A DNA stretch of 63,907 nucleotides, filler included, from Vicugna vicugna (GCA_013265495.1; 79 parts of 76 records of this genome joined end to end with filler, not necessarily neighbours in it), one strand, 5' to 3'. Numbered from the whole stretch's first letter, positions 37,554-51,967 are shown. Notes: a model not told the origin generated them from the letters alone. Numbers and translations are program-made.

Positions 37554-37882
37554 GGATGGGCTCTAAAGCCAAGTATTAGAGAGTGCATCTCTGTGGGCAG
37601 TGGAGGGTTTGAAACTACTTCCCCAACCTTGGAACAACTGTGCCCCCATAAAGATGAGTGGACTCTGTTTCCCCCCTGCAGCACACACACGGAGAAGTGG
37701 GTAGGAATCCTGATAGTGAGGAGGCTCCTCTAAATGACAGCAGCGCCTGGGTTCTAATAGAATCCCTTAGATAATTTTCCTTGAGTGTTTCCCTAGTCCG
37801 GGCTTAGAGGGATAGCTGGGAGTTTGGCTTGGAGGCAAAGTAGCAGCAACTGCCCACCGATGGAATGTGGAAGTATTTAGAG
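37554..37882 (-). repeat. Diverged ~266-bp satellite SatB
   Basis: GACAGCAGCGCCTGGGTTCTAATAGAATCCCTTAG core. Confidence 0.88.
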
Positions 37883-39702
37883 NNNNNNNNNNNNNNNNNN
37901 NNNNNNNNNNNNNNNNNNNNNNNNNNTTAATTAATTAANNNNNNNNNNNNNNNNNNNNNNNNNNNNNNNNNNNNNNNNNNNNGCTCTTGAGCAAATATGC
38001 TGTTTGGAGTCTTCCAGGAGGAATTGAAGGAGCAAACAGTTACTGTGCTCAAATAAAGATGAGGTGGTGATGGGGACAAGGGAGGCTGGAGGCTCTGGGC
38101 AATTGAACTGGACTCTGTCCAGGACCTGGCCTCTCTCCCCCACCCCCATTCAACTCCCCTGAGGAGGAGTTGGAGATCGTCTCACAGCATCTCTCATGGG
38201 CCCAACCTTCCCCTGAGAACCCCAGGGGCTCAACCCTGACTTTGTGGGTGCTCTGAGGCTGGGTCCCTTGGGGGAGGTGTAGACACTGCCAGTGCTGGAG
38301 GGGTGCTGTGGTCCAGTGTCTGCAGGCCCTTCCCACCTCTCTTCTCCTGGCTCTTTTACTGCAACTGCCCTTCTTCTCTGATATATAGAAACTCTTCAAG
38401 CCTTGGCTCCTCCTAAGGCCTTGAGGTGGCTTTGAGGGGAGCCATAGGAGGCAGGTATCAGCTTACAGCCTGCCCACCCCATCTGGGCTCCTGTTATTCT
38501 TNNNNNNNNNNNNNNNNNNNNNNNNNNNNNNNNNNNNNNNNNNNNTTAATTAATTAANNNNNNNNNNNNNNNNNNNNNNNNNNNNNNNNNNNNNNNNNNN
38601 NGGCAGCCGAAGATAAAAAGCAAAATTGTTAGAAATATAAGGAAAAGTTAGGGAGCTATCTGTGGCCCCCACATGGAATTTTTTTTCATCCTGCGTCTAT
38701 GACATTGCTTCTTGTTAAGTAAAGAACTAAACATAAAGAAACCTGCCTTCTATATTTAGAATTCTTGATGTCCAATATGTGCAAGACTTAGGAAGCTGCC
38801 TCCTTAGAGTCCTGTCTTCATGGGGCATATTTTTGTCATTAAATATTTAAGGTCAAAGGACTATGAAGTTGACAGATTCAAATAAGGAAGGAAGGAGGGA
38901 AAGAGGGAAAGAAGTCAGGAAAGGGAAAAGGAAAGAAATGAAATAATGCTTTACTGGGTAGCCAGTACTGTGCTAGGTGACTTCACAAACATTACATTAN
39001 NNNNNNNNNNNNNNNNNNNNNNNNNNNNNNNNNNNNNNNNNNNTTAATTAATTAANNNNNNNNNNNNNNNNNNNNNNNNNNNNNNNNNNNNNNNNNNNNT
39101 CTGACAATACCCTTTCTTACTACATCAAGATTTAAAATGTAATGAAACAGTTCAAAAAATGAACAGAGGCTAGTTAAAAATTTATGGGGAAAAAATGGAG
39201 CCAATCTCCACAGACCTGTAGCAGACCTCCTCTTAAATCAATGGATATTTCTGGCATTGACTGTTCTGGGCCTGGATTGCCACTGTGTTTACATCATTTA
39301 GCTTCCAGATTGGCAGTAGCACAACATGGTCCTATTAGAATCTGACTTCTTTCTTTGAGACTTGTTTTCAGAAGAAGATCATTTACAGTGAGTAGAAATG
39401 ATGACCCAATAATTAAACCTGAAAAAAAAAAAGAGAGAGAGATGGAGAGAGGAATATATTATAATTCTTCCTCTTCAAAAAAAATATGTTTGGGCAAGAA
39501 CTATCTATGTTTTTAAAGAACGTTTATTCACCCTCCTTTGTCAGAGCCTTCTTTTTGGTTGGCTTTCCCCCACAGTTTCATGCCATTTATATAGAATTCT
39601 AGNNNNNNNNNNNNNNNNNNNNNNNNNNNNNNNNNNNNNNNNNNNNTTAATTAATTAANNNNNNNNNNNNNNNNNNNNNNNNNNNNNNNNNNNNNNNNNN
39701 NN

Positions 39703-40150
39703 ACCATGCAAAAATAATTTACATAATTAATGGTAAAATTGTAATTGATCTATGATATTTGCAAATATTAAACTATTAAACATTAAAAACACTCCTACTT
39801 TGGTTATAAATAGATAAGAAAATGAAAAAATCTAGTAAAACTAGTATTTATCTAGTACATAGTAATACATTTAAAACATTAGGAACATCAAGTGTTTTAA
39901 GTATTTTAATTCTTTATAAAATACCTATCAAGAATAGTTTGAGATATCAAGAATAGTTTGAGAGTGCTTGCTTAACTTCGGGTCCTGTAACTTACAATAT
40001 GAAGGCACCATCTCTTGTATGTCTTGAAAAGTTGTCATACTTCTTTCTAACTTTGGATCCGCTTCCAACATTTTATTCTTAGTGCCTCCAATATTGTGAA
40101 ATGTATCCAAGAGTTTGTTTAACATAAAGATTTTTGCTGATGTCACTTCC
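39703..40150 (-). mobile_element. Tigger/pogo-family DNA transposon remnant (Tigger6-like) with transposase C-terminus
   Basis: EVTSAKIFMLNKLLDTFHNIGGTKNKMLEADPKLERSMTT...SQTILD resembles the Tigger C-terminal 'MLEADPNLERSM...QTTLD' motif. Confidence 0.72.
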
Positions 40151-40534
40151 NNNNNNNNNNNNNNNNNNNNNNNNNNNNNNNNNNNNNNNNNNNNTTAATT
40201 AATTAANNNNNNNNNNNNNNNNNNNNNNNNNNNNNNNNNNNNNNNNNNNNGCTTGATTTTTTTTTTCACATTAGCCAGTTTTCTTTCTTTTTTTCATTAT
40301 TCAGTTATATGAGGTAGAATTGTTAAAATTTACACCTAAACAACATATTGCATGTAAATACGCACACACAATATACTGCAATACACATTTTTTTAGTTTC
40401 CATGTAGGTGCAGCGCATTGTCTCTAGAACAGTTAAGAGCGTTCACTTTTTAAACGTACAGAGTTATCAAAGGAATCAAGCCAACCACAAAGTAAGAATC
40501 AACAGAATGCGGTAATCCAGTCATAAAGGACATT

Positions 40535-40925
40535 TGTTTTAAAGAGCAGTTTCAGGGTCACAGCCAAATTGAAGGGAAGGTACAGAGATGCCCCGCATAT
40601 GCCCTGCCCCCCACTTGCACAGACTCAATATCCGTCCCGACTAGACAGATAATTGTTATAACTGACGAACCTAAATTGACACATTGTAATCACCCAACAT
40701 CCACAGTTTACACGAATTAGGGTTCCGTCCTGGATTTGCACAGTTCATGGGTTCGGATACACGTCACATATCTTTATCGCATCCTACAGAGAAACAGAAC
40801 CGCTGTGTATGCCACGAACACGGTGGATACACATCATCATCCACGTGTCCAAACCCGCGGCCTGCAGGCCACCAAGATGAGCCCTAATGGAAACAGTGGA
40901 CATCCGTGAATACTAATGTATCCTT
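40535..40925. mobile_element. Two L1MC-type 3' fragments in opposite orientations
   Basis: Antisense AGAGCAGTTTCAGGGTCACAGCCAAATTG...ATTAGGGTTC (40535-40790), then sense GGTGGATACACATCAT..GTCCAAACCC..GAGCCCTAATG (40790-40925). Confidence 0.65.
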
Positions 40926-41095
40926 TTCTCTCCTTTTTTTTAACCCGTGATAAACGACACTTCATTTTTCTTAAGTCGCTGCTGGCCACCCAGCCNNNNN
41001 NNNNNNNNNNNNNNNNNNNNNNNNNNNNNNNNNNNNNNNTTAATTAATTAANNNNNNNNNNNNNNNNNNNNNNNNNNNNNNNNNNNNNNNNNNNN

Positions 41096-42256
41096 TGCCT
41101 CCCCAAGGTCAGGGAAGGTATTTCTCGGACTTCCCCTATCCGGGAACACCTGTGACTGAACAGAGCTGCGTGGATTTGTCTTACGAGCTCCCCCACGCAC
41201 TGACAATGGTTCCGGAATCCTGAGCGTGGAGAGGATCCACCAACGGTCGGCAGCGCGTGGGTCCTAACGGAATGCCTAAGCTCGTCTCCCCTGAGGCTTT
41301 TCCTAATATCTCTGTGCCAGGGAATGCTAGGGGTGATTGCAGGTTATCCCAGTGTCAGAGGCTGCTTCCCCAAGGTCAGGGAAGCTATTTCTCGGACTTC
41401 CCCGAACAGGGAACACCTTTGACTGAAGAGAGATGCGTGGAGTTGTCTCTCGAGCTCCCCCACGCACAGACAATGCGTCCGGGATCCTGAGCGTGGGGAG
41501 GTTCCACCAACGGTCGGCAGTGCGTGGGTTCTAACGGAAAGCCTATGCTCGTCTCCCCGGAGGGTTTTCCTAATGTCTCTGTGCCAGGGAATCCTAGGGG
41601 GGTTTGCAGGATATCCCAGTGACAGAGGCTGNNNNNNNNNNNNNNNNNNNNNNNNNNNNNNNNNNNNNNNNNNNNNNNNNNNNNNNNNNNNNNNNNNNNN
41701 NNNNNNNNNNNNNNNNNNNNNNNNNNNNNNNNNNNNNNNNNNNNNNNNNNNNNNNNNNNNNNNNNNNNNNNNNNNNNNNNNNNNNNNNNNNNNNNNNNNN
41801 NNNNNNNNNNNNNNNNNNNNNNNNNNNNNNNNNNNNNNNNNNNNNNNNNNNNNNNNNNNNNNNNNNNNNNNNNNNNNNNNNNNNNNNNNNNNNNNNNNNN
41901 NNNNNNNNNNNNNNNNNNNNNNNNNNNNNNNNNNNNNNNNNNNNNNNNNNNNNNNNNNNNNNNNNNNNNNNNNNNNNNNNNNNNNNNNNNNNNNNNNNNN
42001 NNNNNNNNNNNNNNNNNNNNNNNNNNNNNNNNNNNNNNNNNNNNNNNNNNNNNNNNNNNNNNNNNNNNNNNNNNNNNNNNNNNNTTTTCCTAATGTCTCT
42101 GTGCCAGGGAATGCTAGGGGGGTTTGCACGATATCGCAGTGACAGAGGCTGTCTCCCCAAGGTCAAGGAACGTATTTCTCGGACTTCCTCGAACAGGGAA
42201 CACCTGTGATAGAAGAGAGCTGCGAGGAGTTGTCTCTCGAGCTCCTCCACGCACTG
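41096..42256 (-). repeat. 267-bp satellite SatA
   Basis: Tandem SatA monomers. Confidence 0.95.
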
Positions 42257-42356
42257 NNNNNNNNNNNNNNNNNNNNNNNNNNNNNNNNNNNNNNNNNNNN
42301 TTAATTAATTAANNNNNNNNNNNNNNNNNNNNNNNNNNNNNNNNNNNNNNNNNNNN

Positions 42357-42922
42357 AGACACGTGTACACATTTTCACAAGCTTTCCCTAACAACAGATT
42401 CAAATTCGTGCATTTTTCACAGAAAAATACTTGTGAAGCCATTTCCACCTAACAGATATGTAATTTACATGAATTCCATCAACGTGGCATTCCGGGTTTC
42501 GTACATGCTACGTGCATGATGGATTCGGCAAACATACGTTTCTGAGTTGTGAGCATGTGGATTACTGAACTTTCATCAGCCAAACAAGGCATATATACAC
42601 TTAGAAATATTTACTCTGACTTCATAGATTTTTCCTATCACCAGGTTCTAAAATTGGACATTTGGCACCACAAAACACTCTTTGAGCGAATTCTCACCAA
42701 TACACATGTAATTTACATTGTTTACATAACCATGGAATTCTGTATTATGAACATGTTTCATGCATCACGGATTCCTCAAACTTGAATTTCTATCTCAAAC
42801 ATGTATTTCTGAGCTGTGAACATGCGCATAACTGATTTATGCACCATAAAAGTGTACCTATGCAATTTAAAATATTAACTTTGACTTCATTGCTTCTCCC
42901 TGTCACCAGTATCAAGAATCAC
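42357..42922 (+). repeat. ~245-bp satellite SatC
   Basis: Monomer order C-B-A; small internal duplication near 42775-42810. Confidence 0.9.
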
Positions 42923-43062
42923 NNNNNNNNNNNNNNNNNNNNNNNNNNNNNNNNNNNNNNNNNNNNTTAATTAATTAANNNNNNNNNNNNNNNNNNNNNN
43001 NNNNNNNNNNNNNNNNNNNNNNACAGATCCCCTCTGGGTGACCCTCCCTCAGAGCCCCTTCA

Positions 43063-43923
<861 letters not shown>

Positions 43924-44269
43924 NNNNNNNNNNNNNNNNNNNNNNNNNNNNNNNNNNNNNNNNNNNNTTAATTAATTAANNNNNNNNNNNNNNNNNNNNN
44001 NNNNNNNNNNNNNNNNNNNNNNNAGCCCTCCTGTGAGAAAGTGTTTTATGTTTTTAATGAATAATACACTTATTTTGATATTGATAGACTTCAAACCTCG
44101 GAAAATTTACAGGAGTAATACAATAAACGCTTAGATACATTTCACCTTAAAGGGCACTATTTGGCCTTTTGTGTCTCGCTTATTTTAGCATAAAGTTTCA
44201 GGTTTCATCCATATTGTAGCCTGAATCAGTACGTTATTCTGTTTGTTTGATAATATACTTTTTCTTTTT

Positions 44270-44960
44270 TTTTTGTTTTTGGTCTATTTAAAAATATTTT
44301 CATTGAAGTCTAGTCAGTTTATAATGTTGTGTCAGTTTCTTGTGTACAGCACAAAACTTCAGTTAAATAGGAATAGGCCTGCATTCATTTTCATATTCTT
44401 TTTAAACATAAGTTACTATAAGTTATTAAATATATTCTCCTGTGCTATACAGTATATACTTGCTGTTTATTGTANNNNNNNNNNNNNNNNNNNNNNNNNN
44501 NNNNNNNNNNNNNNNNNNNNNNNNNNNNNNNNNNNNNNNNNNNNNNNNNNNNNNNNNNNNNNNNNNNNNNNNNNNNNNNNNNNNNNNNNNNNNNNNNNNN
44601 NNNNNNNNNNNNNNNNNNNNNNNNNNNNNNNNNNNNNNNNNNNNNNNNNNAGCGATCTCATATGGTATTTTTCTTTCTCTTTCTGGCTTACTTCACTTAG
44701 AATGACACTCTCAGGTCCATTGATGTTGCTGCAAATGGCACTATTTTATTCTTATTTTTATGGCTGAATAATAGTCTATTGGACAAATACGCTACAACCT
44801 CTTTATCCAGTCATCTGTCAGTGGACATTTAGGTTATTTCCATGTCTTGCTATTGTAAATAGTGCTGCTGTGAACATTGGGGTGCAAGTGTCTTTTTGAA
44901 TTATGGATGCTTTTGGATATATGCCCAGGAGTGGGAATGCTGGGTCATATGGGAGGTCAA
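44270..44960 (-). mobile_element. LINE-1 3' end
   Basis: TTGAAGTCTAGTCAGTTTATAATGTTGTGTC...TTCTGGCTTACTTCACTTAGAATGAC...GGACATTTAGGTT...CCCAGGAGTGGGA. Confidence 0.9.
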
Positions 44961-46794
44961 NNNNNNNNNNNNNNNNNNNNNNNNNNNNNNNNNNNNNNNN
45001 NNNNTTAATTAATTAANNNNNNNNNNNNNNNNNNNNNNNNNNNNNNNNNNNNNNNNNNNNTGGAGAAATGTTAAAGCACTAAATGGTGAAAATTATAGGC
45101 CTTCATGTAGTGCCAAATGAAAAGATGTAAGAAATAGTCTCCTCTGACTATGAGGTATTTGGTGAAATACTGAATTTAAAGGGGTGGACATTATCTTTGA
45201 AATTACCTTTCTATATAGAGAATTCTGACTCTAGAAGACCTTGGAGCTTCCTTAAAATCACGTTCTGACTCAATTNNNNNNNNNNNNNNNNNNNNNNNNN
45301 NNNNNNNNNNNNNNNNNNNNNNNNNNNNNNNNNNNNNNNNNNNNNNNNNNNNNNNNNNNNNNNNNNNNNNNNNNNNNNNNNNNNNNNNNNNNNNNNNNNN
45401 NNNNNNNNNNNNNNNNNNNNNNNNNNNNNNNNNNNNNNNNNNNNNNNNNNNNNNNNNNNNNNNNAGTAGTTGCACTACTATTGCAAGACTTGGCTTGGTT
45501 ACCGTCTAAGAAGGATTATACCACTTTTGCAAGGTCATTCTTAGACTTTCAACCTCTTTCTCTCTCACTCTCTAATCTTGAAACTTGTGTTTGATTAAGA
45601 AATTGCTCTCACTCAAAAATCAGGAGTTGATTGAATGGCAAAAATAATACACACGCATGCATATGACATGATATGGAACATATGAAATGGATTGTGAAAG
45701 TGGGGGAGGAATAAACTTTATTGGCCCATAGAAGGGATGAGAGAATAAGGAGGGAGGGCTGGGGAGAAGAATGAATATGGGTGGGAAAACTAAAATGGAA
45801 TGATTTAAAATGTGTAAATATACTTTGTAGCCTTCACCATTCACCTTCGTGATAGATACGTACAGGGAAATACAGGCAGACTACAGTGAGTTTCACTTTG
45901 TAGCTGATGCTGCTTGTACCAGTTCTATCATTAGTAAGTCACCATTTAATTCTTCCACAGCCAGACAAGGCTCTCTGCTTAGTACAATCATAGTCATGAC
46001 CTCACCTACTTTCCAGTACCCTCTGGACCCAAATGGGTGGTTTTTAATCTCACGATGTTGCCGCCTGGCACCTGCCATCTCAGCGTCCCCANNNNNNNNN
46101 NNNNNNNNNNNNNNNNNNNNNNNNNNNNNNNNNNNTTAATTAATTAANNNNNNNNNNNNNNNNNNNNNNNNNNNNNNNNNNNNNNNNNNNNTTGTTTAGC
46201 TCTTTGTTTCTATACAGCCGTGGTGGGAGGGATTTTTCGAAGACTTCAGTTTTGACATTGTGTTGATATCTCATTTGCAGCCTTTAAAAAGTTTAATAGA
46301 TTTGATTTCCATGTNNNNNNNNNNNNNNNNNNNNNNNNNNNNNNNNNNNNNNNNNNNNNNNNNNNNNNNNNNNNNNNNNNNNNNNNNNNNNNNNNNNNNN
46401 NNNNNNNNNNNNNNNNNNNNNNNNNNNNNNNNNNNNNNNNNNNNNNNNNNNNNNNNNNNNNNNNNNNNNNNNNNNNNNNNNNNNNNNNNNNNNNNNNNNN
46501 NNNNNNNNNNNNNNNNNNNNNNNNNNNNNNNNNNNNNNNNNNNNNNNNNNNNNNNNNNNNNNNNNNNNNNNNNNNNNNNNNNNNNNNNNNNNNNNNNNNN
46601 NNNNNNNNNNNNNNNNNNNNNNNNNNNNNNNNNNNNNNNNNNNNNNNNNNNNNNNNNNNNNNNNNNNNTTGAATCCAAAATCACCTAGAGGCATTATAGC
46701 TTTGAGAACCCTGCTGCAGCTATGCTAGTCTATTGAGAACCAGGTGTTCTTCTATCAGTGATGAGAACGCTTAATCATCCGATCATGTTGGGTA

Positions 46795-47321
46795 AAGCAA
46801 TTTAACGCAACCGAGTGTGCACCCCCATGATATAGTGCCCACAGGGCTTGACTCAATGAAAGAATGTCCACATAAGCTGTGTCTTTAATGTCATTGGCGA
46901 ATTTACAGTTCCATTCACTATCTGACTTATAATATTTACCTATACTGTCTTAAAAAACTGAGGCCAAATACATATACATGTTCAGTCAAAGATTCCCCTC
47001 ACTTACCACACTCCCTTCACCCCAGAGAAGACACAAATCCAGCATTTGCTGAATCTAGCGGAAGGCCATCGTTTCTTTGTGTGAGATAATTATTCATATC
47101 CTATNNNNNNNNNNNNNNNNNNNNNNNNNNNNNNNNNNNNNNNNNNNNNNNNNNNNNNNNNNNNNNNNNNNNNNNNNNNNNNNNNNNNNNNNNNNNNNNN
47201 NNNNNNNNNTCATTGCAGCTACTGATCCTTCCAAATGGATGCCTGAGTGGAGTGGACGGAAGAGCAACTGCTTGCAAGCTAGGCCCAAACCTGGGAAAAT
47301 GCTTACCTGGGCTTGGTGCAC
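46795..47321 (-). repeat. Second, diverged copy of segment 13104-13618 (donor site and intron of the NBPF-like exon)
   Basis: Reverse complement aligns by eye at roughly 90% identity, including GTGCACCAAGCCCAG|GTAAGC. Confidence 0.92.
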
Positions 47322-47421
47322 NNNNNNNNNNNNNNNNNNNNNNNNNNNNNNNNNNNNNNNNNNNNTTAATTAATTAANNNNNNNNNNNNNNNNNNNNNNN
47401 NNNNNNNNNNNNNNNNNNNNN

Positions 47422-47925
47422 TCTCTCCACATGCTCAGATCTGAGAGATAAGTGTGTGTGAATTCCATCCTTCAACTAGCTTGAATGGAACACAACTTTC
47501 TTTTCAGTTGCCAACACCACTCCATACAGATACATGGGGAGGTACAAGCTCCAACTCGGTTTTACAGTGAAAATGGCAGGCACTTCAAACCGGCACTAGG
47601 AAACAGACTGAGAAACCAGAGTCAGTGTTTCTCCTGCATCAGTTCCCTTTGTGCTGGATGAACGAACGTCTCTCCACATGCTCAGTTCTGAGAGATAAGT
47701 GTGTGTGAAAGCCGTCCTTCACCTAGCTTGAAGGGAACACAAAGTTTCTTTTCAGTTGCCAACATAAATATATATGGGGAGGTACAAGCTCCAACTCGGT
47801 TTTACAGTGAAAACGGCAGGCACTTCAAACCGGCACTAGGAAACAGACTGAGAAACCAGAGTCAGTGATTCTACTTCAAACCCATACCTTTGTGCTGGAT
47901 GAACGAACGTCTCTCCACATGCTCA
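47422..47925 (-). repeat. ~248-bp satellite SatD
   Basis: TCTCTCCACATGCTCA at 47422, 47669, ~47910; reverse complement of 27630-28373 monomer. Confidence 0.95.
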
Positions 47926-48025
47926 NNNNNNNNNNNNNNNNNNNNNNNNNNNNNNNNNNNNNNNNNNNNTTAATTAATTAANNNNNNNNNNNNNNNNNNN
48001 NNNNNNNNNNNNNNNNNNNNNNNNN

Positions 48026-49547
48026 TTCCGGATTCATGAGCTTGGGGAGGTTCCACCAACGGTCGGCAGCATATGGGTTCTAACGGAATGACTAAGCTCG
48101 TCTCTCCTGAGGGCTCTCCTAATGTCTCTCTGCCAGGGAATGCTAGGGGGGATTGCAGGATATCCCAGTGACAGAGGTGGTCTCCCCAAGGTAAGGGAAG
48201 TTATTTCTCGGACTTCCCTGAACAGGGAACACCTGTGACTGAAGAGAGCTACGTGNNNNNNNNNNNNNNNNNNNNNNNNNNNNNNNNNNNNNNNNNNNNN
48301 NNNNNNNNNNNNNNNNNNNNNNNNNNNNNNNNNNNNNNNNNNNNNNNNNNNNNNNNNNNNNNNNNNNNNNNNNNNNNNNNNNNNNNNNNNNNNNNNNNNN
48401 NNNNNNNNNNNNNNNNNNNNNNNNNNNNNNNNNNNNNNNNNNNNNNNNNNNNNNNNNNNNNNNNNNNNNNNNNNNNNNNNNNNNNNNNNNNNNNNNNNNN
48501 NNNNNNNNNNNNNNNNNNNNNNNNNNNNNNNNNNNNNNNNNNNNNNNNNNNNNNNNNNNNNNNNNNNNNNNNNNNNNNNNNNNNNNNNNNCGTGGGTTCT
48601 AACGGAATGCCTAAGCTCATCTCCCCTGAGGGTTTTCCTCATGTCTCTGTGCCAGGGAATGCTAGGGGGGTTTGCAGGATATCCCAGTGACAGAGGCTGC
48701 ATCCCCAAGTTCAGGGAAGGTATTTCTCGGACTTCCCCGAACAGGGAACACATTTGAATGAAGAGAGCTGCGTGGAGTTGTCTCACAAGATCCCCCATGC
48801 ACTGACAATGGTTCCGGAATCCTGAACTTGGGGAAGTTCCACCAGCGATCGTCAGCGCGTTGGTTCTAACAGAATGCCTAAACTCGTCTCCCCTGAGGGT
48901 TTTCCTAATGTCTCTGTGCCAGGGAATGCTAGCGACGATTGCAGGATATCCCAGTGACAGAGGCTGCCTAACCAAGGCCAGGGAATTTATTTCTCGGACT
49001 TCCCCGAACAGAGAACACCTGTGACTGAAGAGAGNNNNNNNNNNNNNNNNNNNNNNNNNNNNNNNNNNNNNNNNNNNNNNNNNNNNNNNNNNNNNNNNNN
49101 NNNNNNNNNNNNNNNNNNNNNNNNNNNNNNNNNNNNNNNNNNNNNNNNNNNNNNNNNNNNNNNNNNNNNNNNNNNNNNNNNNNNNNNNNNNNNNNNNNNN
49201 NNNNNNNNNNNNNNNNNNNNNNNNNNNNNNNNNNNNNNNNNNNNNNNNNNNNNNNNNNNNNNNNNNNNNNNNNNNNNNNNNNNNNNNNNNNNNNNNNNNN
49301 NNNNNNNNNNNNNNNNNNNNNNNNNNNNNNNNNNNNNNNNNNNNNNNNNNNNNNNNNNNNNNNNNNNNNNNNNNNNNNNNNNNNNNNNNNNNNNNNNNCC
49401 TGAGGATTTTCCTAATGTCTCTGTGCCAGGGAATGCTAGGGGTGATTGCAGGATATCTCAGTGACCGAGACTGCCTCCCCAAGGTCAGGGAAGGTTTTTC
49501 CATGACTTCCCCGAACAGGGAACACCTGTGACATAAGAAAGCTGCGT
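48026..49547 (-). repeat. 267-bp satellite SatA
   Basis: SatA monomers with internal gaps. Confidence 0.95.
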
Positions 49548-49647
49548 NNNNNNNNNNNNNNNNNNNNNNNNNNNNNNNNNNNNNNNNNNNNTTAATTAAT
49601 TAANNNNNNNNNNNNNNNNNNNNNNNNNNNNNNNNNNNNNNNNNNNN

Positions 49648-50423
49648 CCTGACCTTGGGGAGGCAGCCTCTGTCACTGGGTTATACTGCAAATCCCGCTA
49701 GAATTCCCTGGCACAGAGACATTCGGAAAACGCTCAGGGGAGACGAGCTTAGGCTTTCCGTTAGAACCCACGCGCTGCCGACCGTTGGTGGAACCTCCCC
49801 ACGCTCAGGATTCCGGAACCATTATCAGTGCTTGTTGGAGCTCGAGCGACAAATCCACGCAGCTCTCTTCAGTCACAGGTGTTCCGTGTTCGGGGAAGTC
49901 CGAGAAATAACTTCCCTGTCATTGGGGAGGGAGCCTCTGTCACTGGGATATCCTGCAATCCCCCTTTGCATTCCTTGGCATAGAGATATTAGGAAAACCC
50001 TCAGGGGAGACGAGCTTAGGCTTTCCGTTAGAACCCACGCGCTGCCGACCGTTGGTGGAACCTCCCCACGCTCAGGATTCCGGAAACATTGTCAGTGCAG
50101 NNNNNNNNNNNNNNNNNNNNNNNNNNNNNNNNNNNNNNNNNNNNNNNNNNNNNNNNNNNNNNNNNNNNNNNNNNNNNNNNNNNNNNNNNNNNNNNNNNNN
50201 NNNNNNNNCACTGGGATATCCTGCAAACCCCCCTAGCATTCCCTGGCACAGAGACATTAGGAAAACCCTCAGGGGAGACGAGCTTAGGCATTCCGTTAGA
50301 ACCCACGCGCTGCCGACCGTTGGTGGAACGTCCCCACGCTCAGGTTTCCGAACCATTGTCAGTGCGAGGGGGAGATCGAGAGACAATTCCACACAACTCT
50401 CTTCAGTCACAGGTGTTCCCTGT
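49648..50423 (+). repeat. 267-bp satellite SatA
   Basis: Tandem SatA monomers. Confidence 0.95.
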
Positions 50424-50523
50424 NNNNNNNNNNNNNNNNNNNNNNNNNNNNNNNNNNNNNNNNNNNNTTAATTAATTAANNNNNNNNNNNNNNNNNNNNN
50501 NNNNNNNNNNNNNNNNNNNNNNN

Positions 50524-51359
50524 GGAAAAGCTGAGGGTTGGGCATGGAATCCAAGTAGCATCGAGTGCTCCCCGATGTACTGAGGAACTACTTAGAGGAC
50601 TTCTCTCTAACGGGGAACACCTGTGCCCCTATTCAACTGCGTGAAGTGGGGCTCCACATTTCCTCCACACACAAGGTTGGTTTCTGGAATCCTGAGAGTG
50701 GGGATGTTGCTCCACCTGACAGCAGCGCCTGGGTTCTAAAAGAATCCTTTAACATGTATCCACTGAGCGTGTCCCTAGGCCGGGATGCGAAGGAAGCAGG
50801 GGGTTACTCTTGGAGTTCAATTTGCAGTGAGTGCTCACAAATGGACTGAGGAAGAGCTTAAAGGGCTTCTTCCTAACGGGGAAGAGCTGTACCCCCATTC
50901 ATCTGCGTGGGGGTGGGGATCCACACCTCCCACACACAAAGTTGGGTTCTGGAATTCTGAGTGGGGGAAGTTCCTCCAACTGAGAGCATTCCGTGAGTTC
51001 TAAGAGAATCCCTTAGCTTGAATTCACTGATGGTTTGCCTAGGCCTGAGGGCGGGGGAAAGTGAGGTTTGGGCTCTTAAACCAAGTATTAGCCAGATCCT
51101 CTACATGTGCGATGCAGCTGTTTTACCTACAACCCCCAATCTGTGAATACCTGTGCCCAATGAAATATGCGTGGACTCTGTTTTCCCACCTCCAGCACAC
51201 TGACGATGAAGTGTTCTCGTGTCTTGAGTGTGGGGAGGATCCCCCAACTTACAGCACCTCCTGGGATATTAAAGTATCCCTCAGCTTGACTTCCACTTGA
51301 CTTCCTTGAGCGTCTTACTAGGCCGCGCTGTGAGCAATCGTGGGGGTTGGGCTCTAAAA
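50524..51359 (-). repeat. Diverged ~266-bp satellite SatB
   Basis: Core landmark at 50718, 50982, ~51250. Confidence 0.9.
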
Positions 51360-51967
51360 NNNNNNNNNNNNNNNNNNNNNNNNNNNNNNNNNNNNNNNNN
51401 NNNTTAATTAATTAANNNNNNNNNNNNNNNNNNNNNNNNNNNNNNNNNNNNNNNNNNNNTTTTTTATCAAAGGAACATTTATTTACATTTCAATAATAGG
51501 AAAAATATGTATTACAGATGTCTTATAAGAATCCTTATTCTGCCTACATACAATGCTTTGTAAGTCCATAGTTACATGAAAGGCTCCAAGACAGTTCATT
51601 CAGTTGAAAAACTGATCTAATGGATTCCTGCTTTGAAATATCTACCTAGTAAGTGTATTTCAGAGGAACATCTCAACCCATCTGAGATTGTTTCAGGACA
51701 TTAAAGTTTGGAGAACTGGGTAGAAGAACTGTTACTTTAGGTCAGTTAAAAAGTGAGATAAAAGTTACAGTAACTTGGAGATAAGATGACTTTTTAAAAA
51801 TTTGGAAAAACCTTGTATGATTACATATTAGCTGCTTTAGAAGCTTATGGTTTGATGATGGTAGATTAGGGCTCATGATTAATAAATCTGTCATGGTTAA
51901 GAAAGAAACTTCAATAATAAAGAAAAATGCCCTTTTCACTGGTTGTTTGAATAAATTAATCTCCTTT

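Noticed and set aside
45849..46091. ORF 45893..46078 with internal GTGAGG donor-like site
   Set aside because: No recognisable protein similarity.
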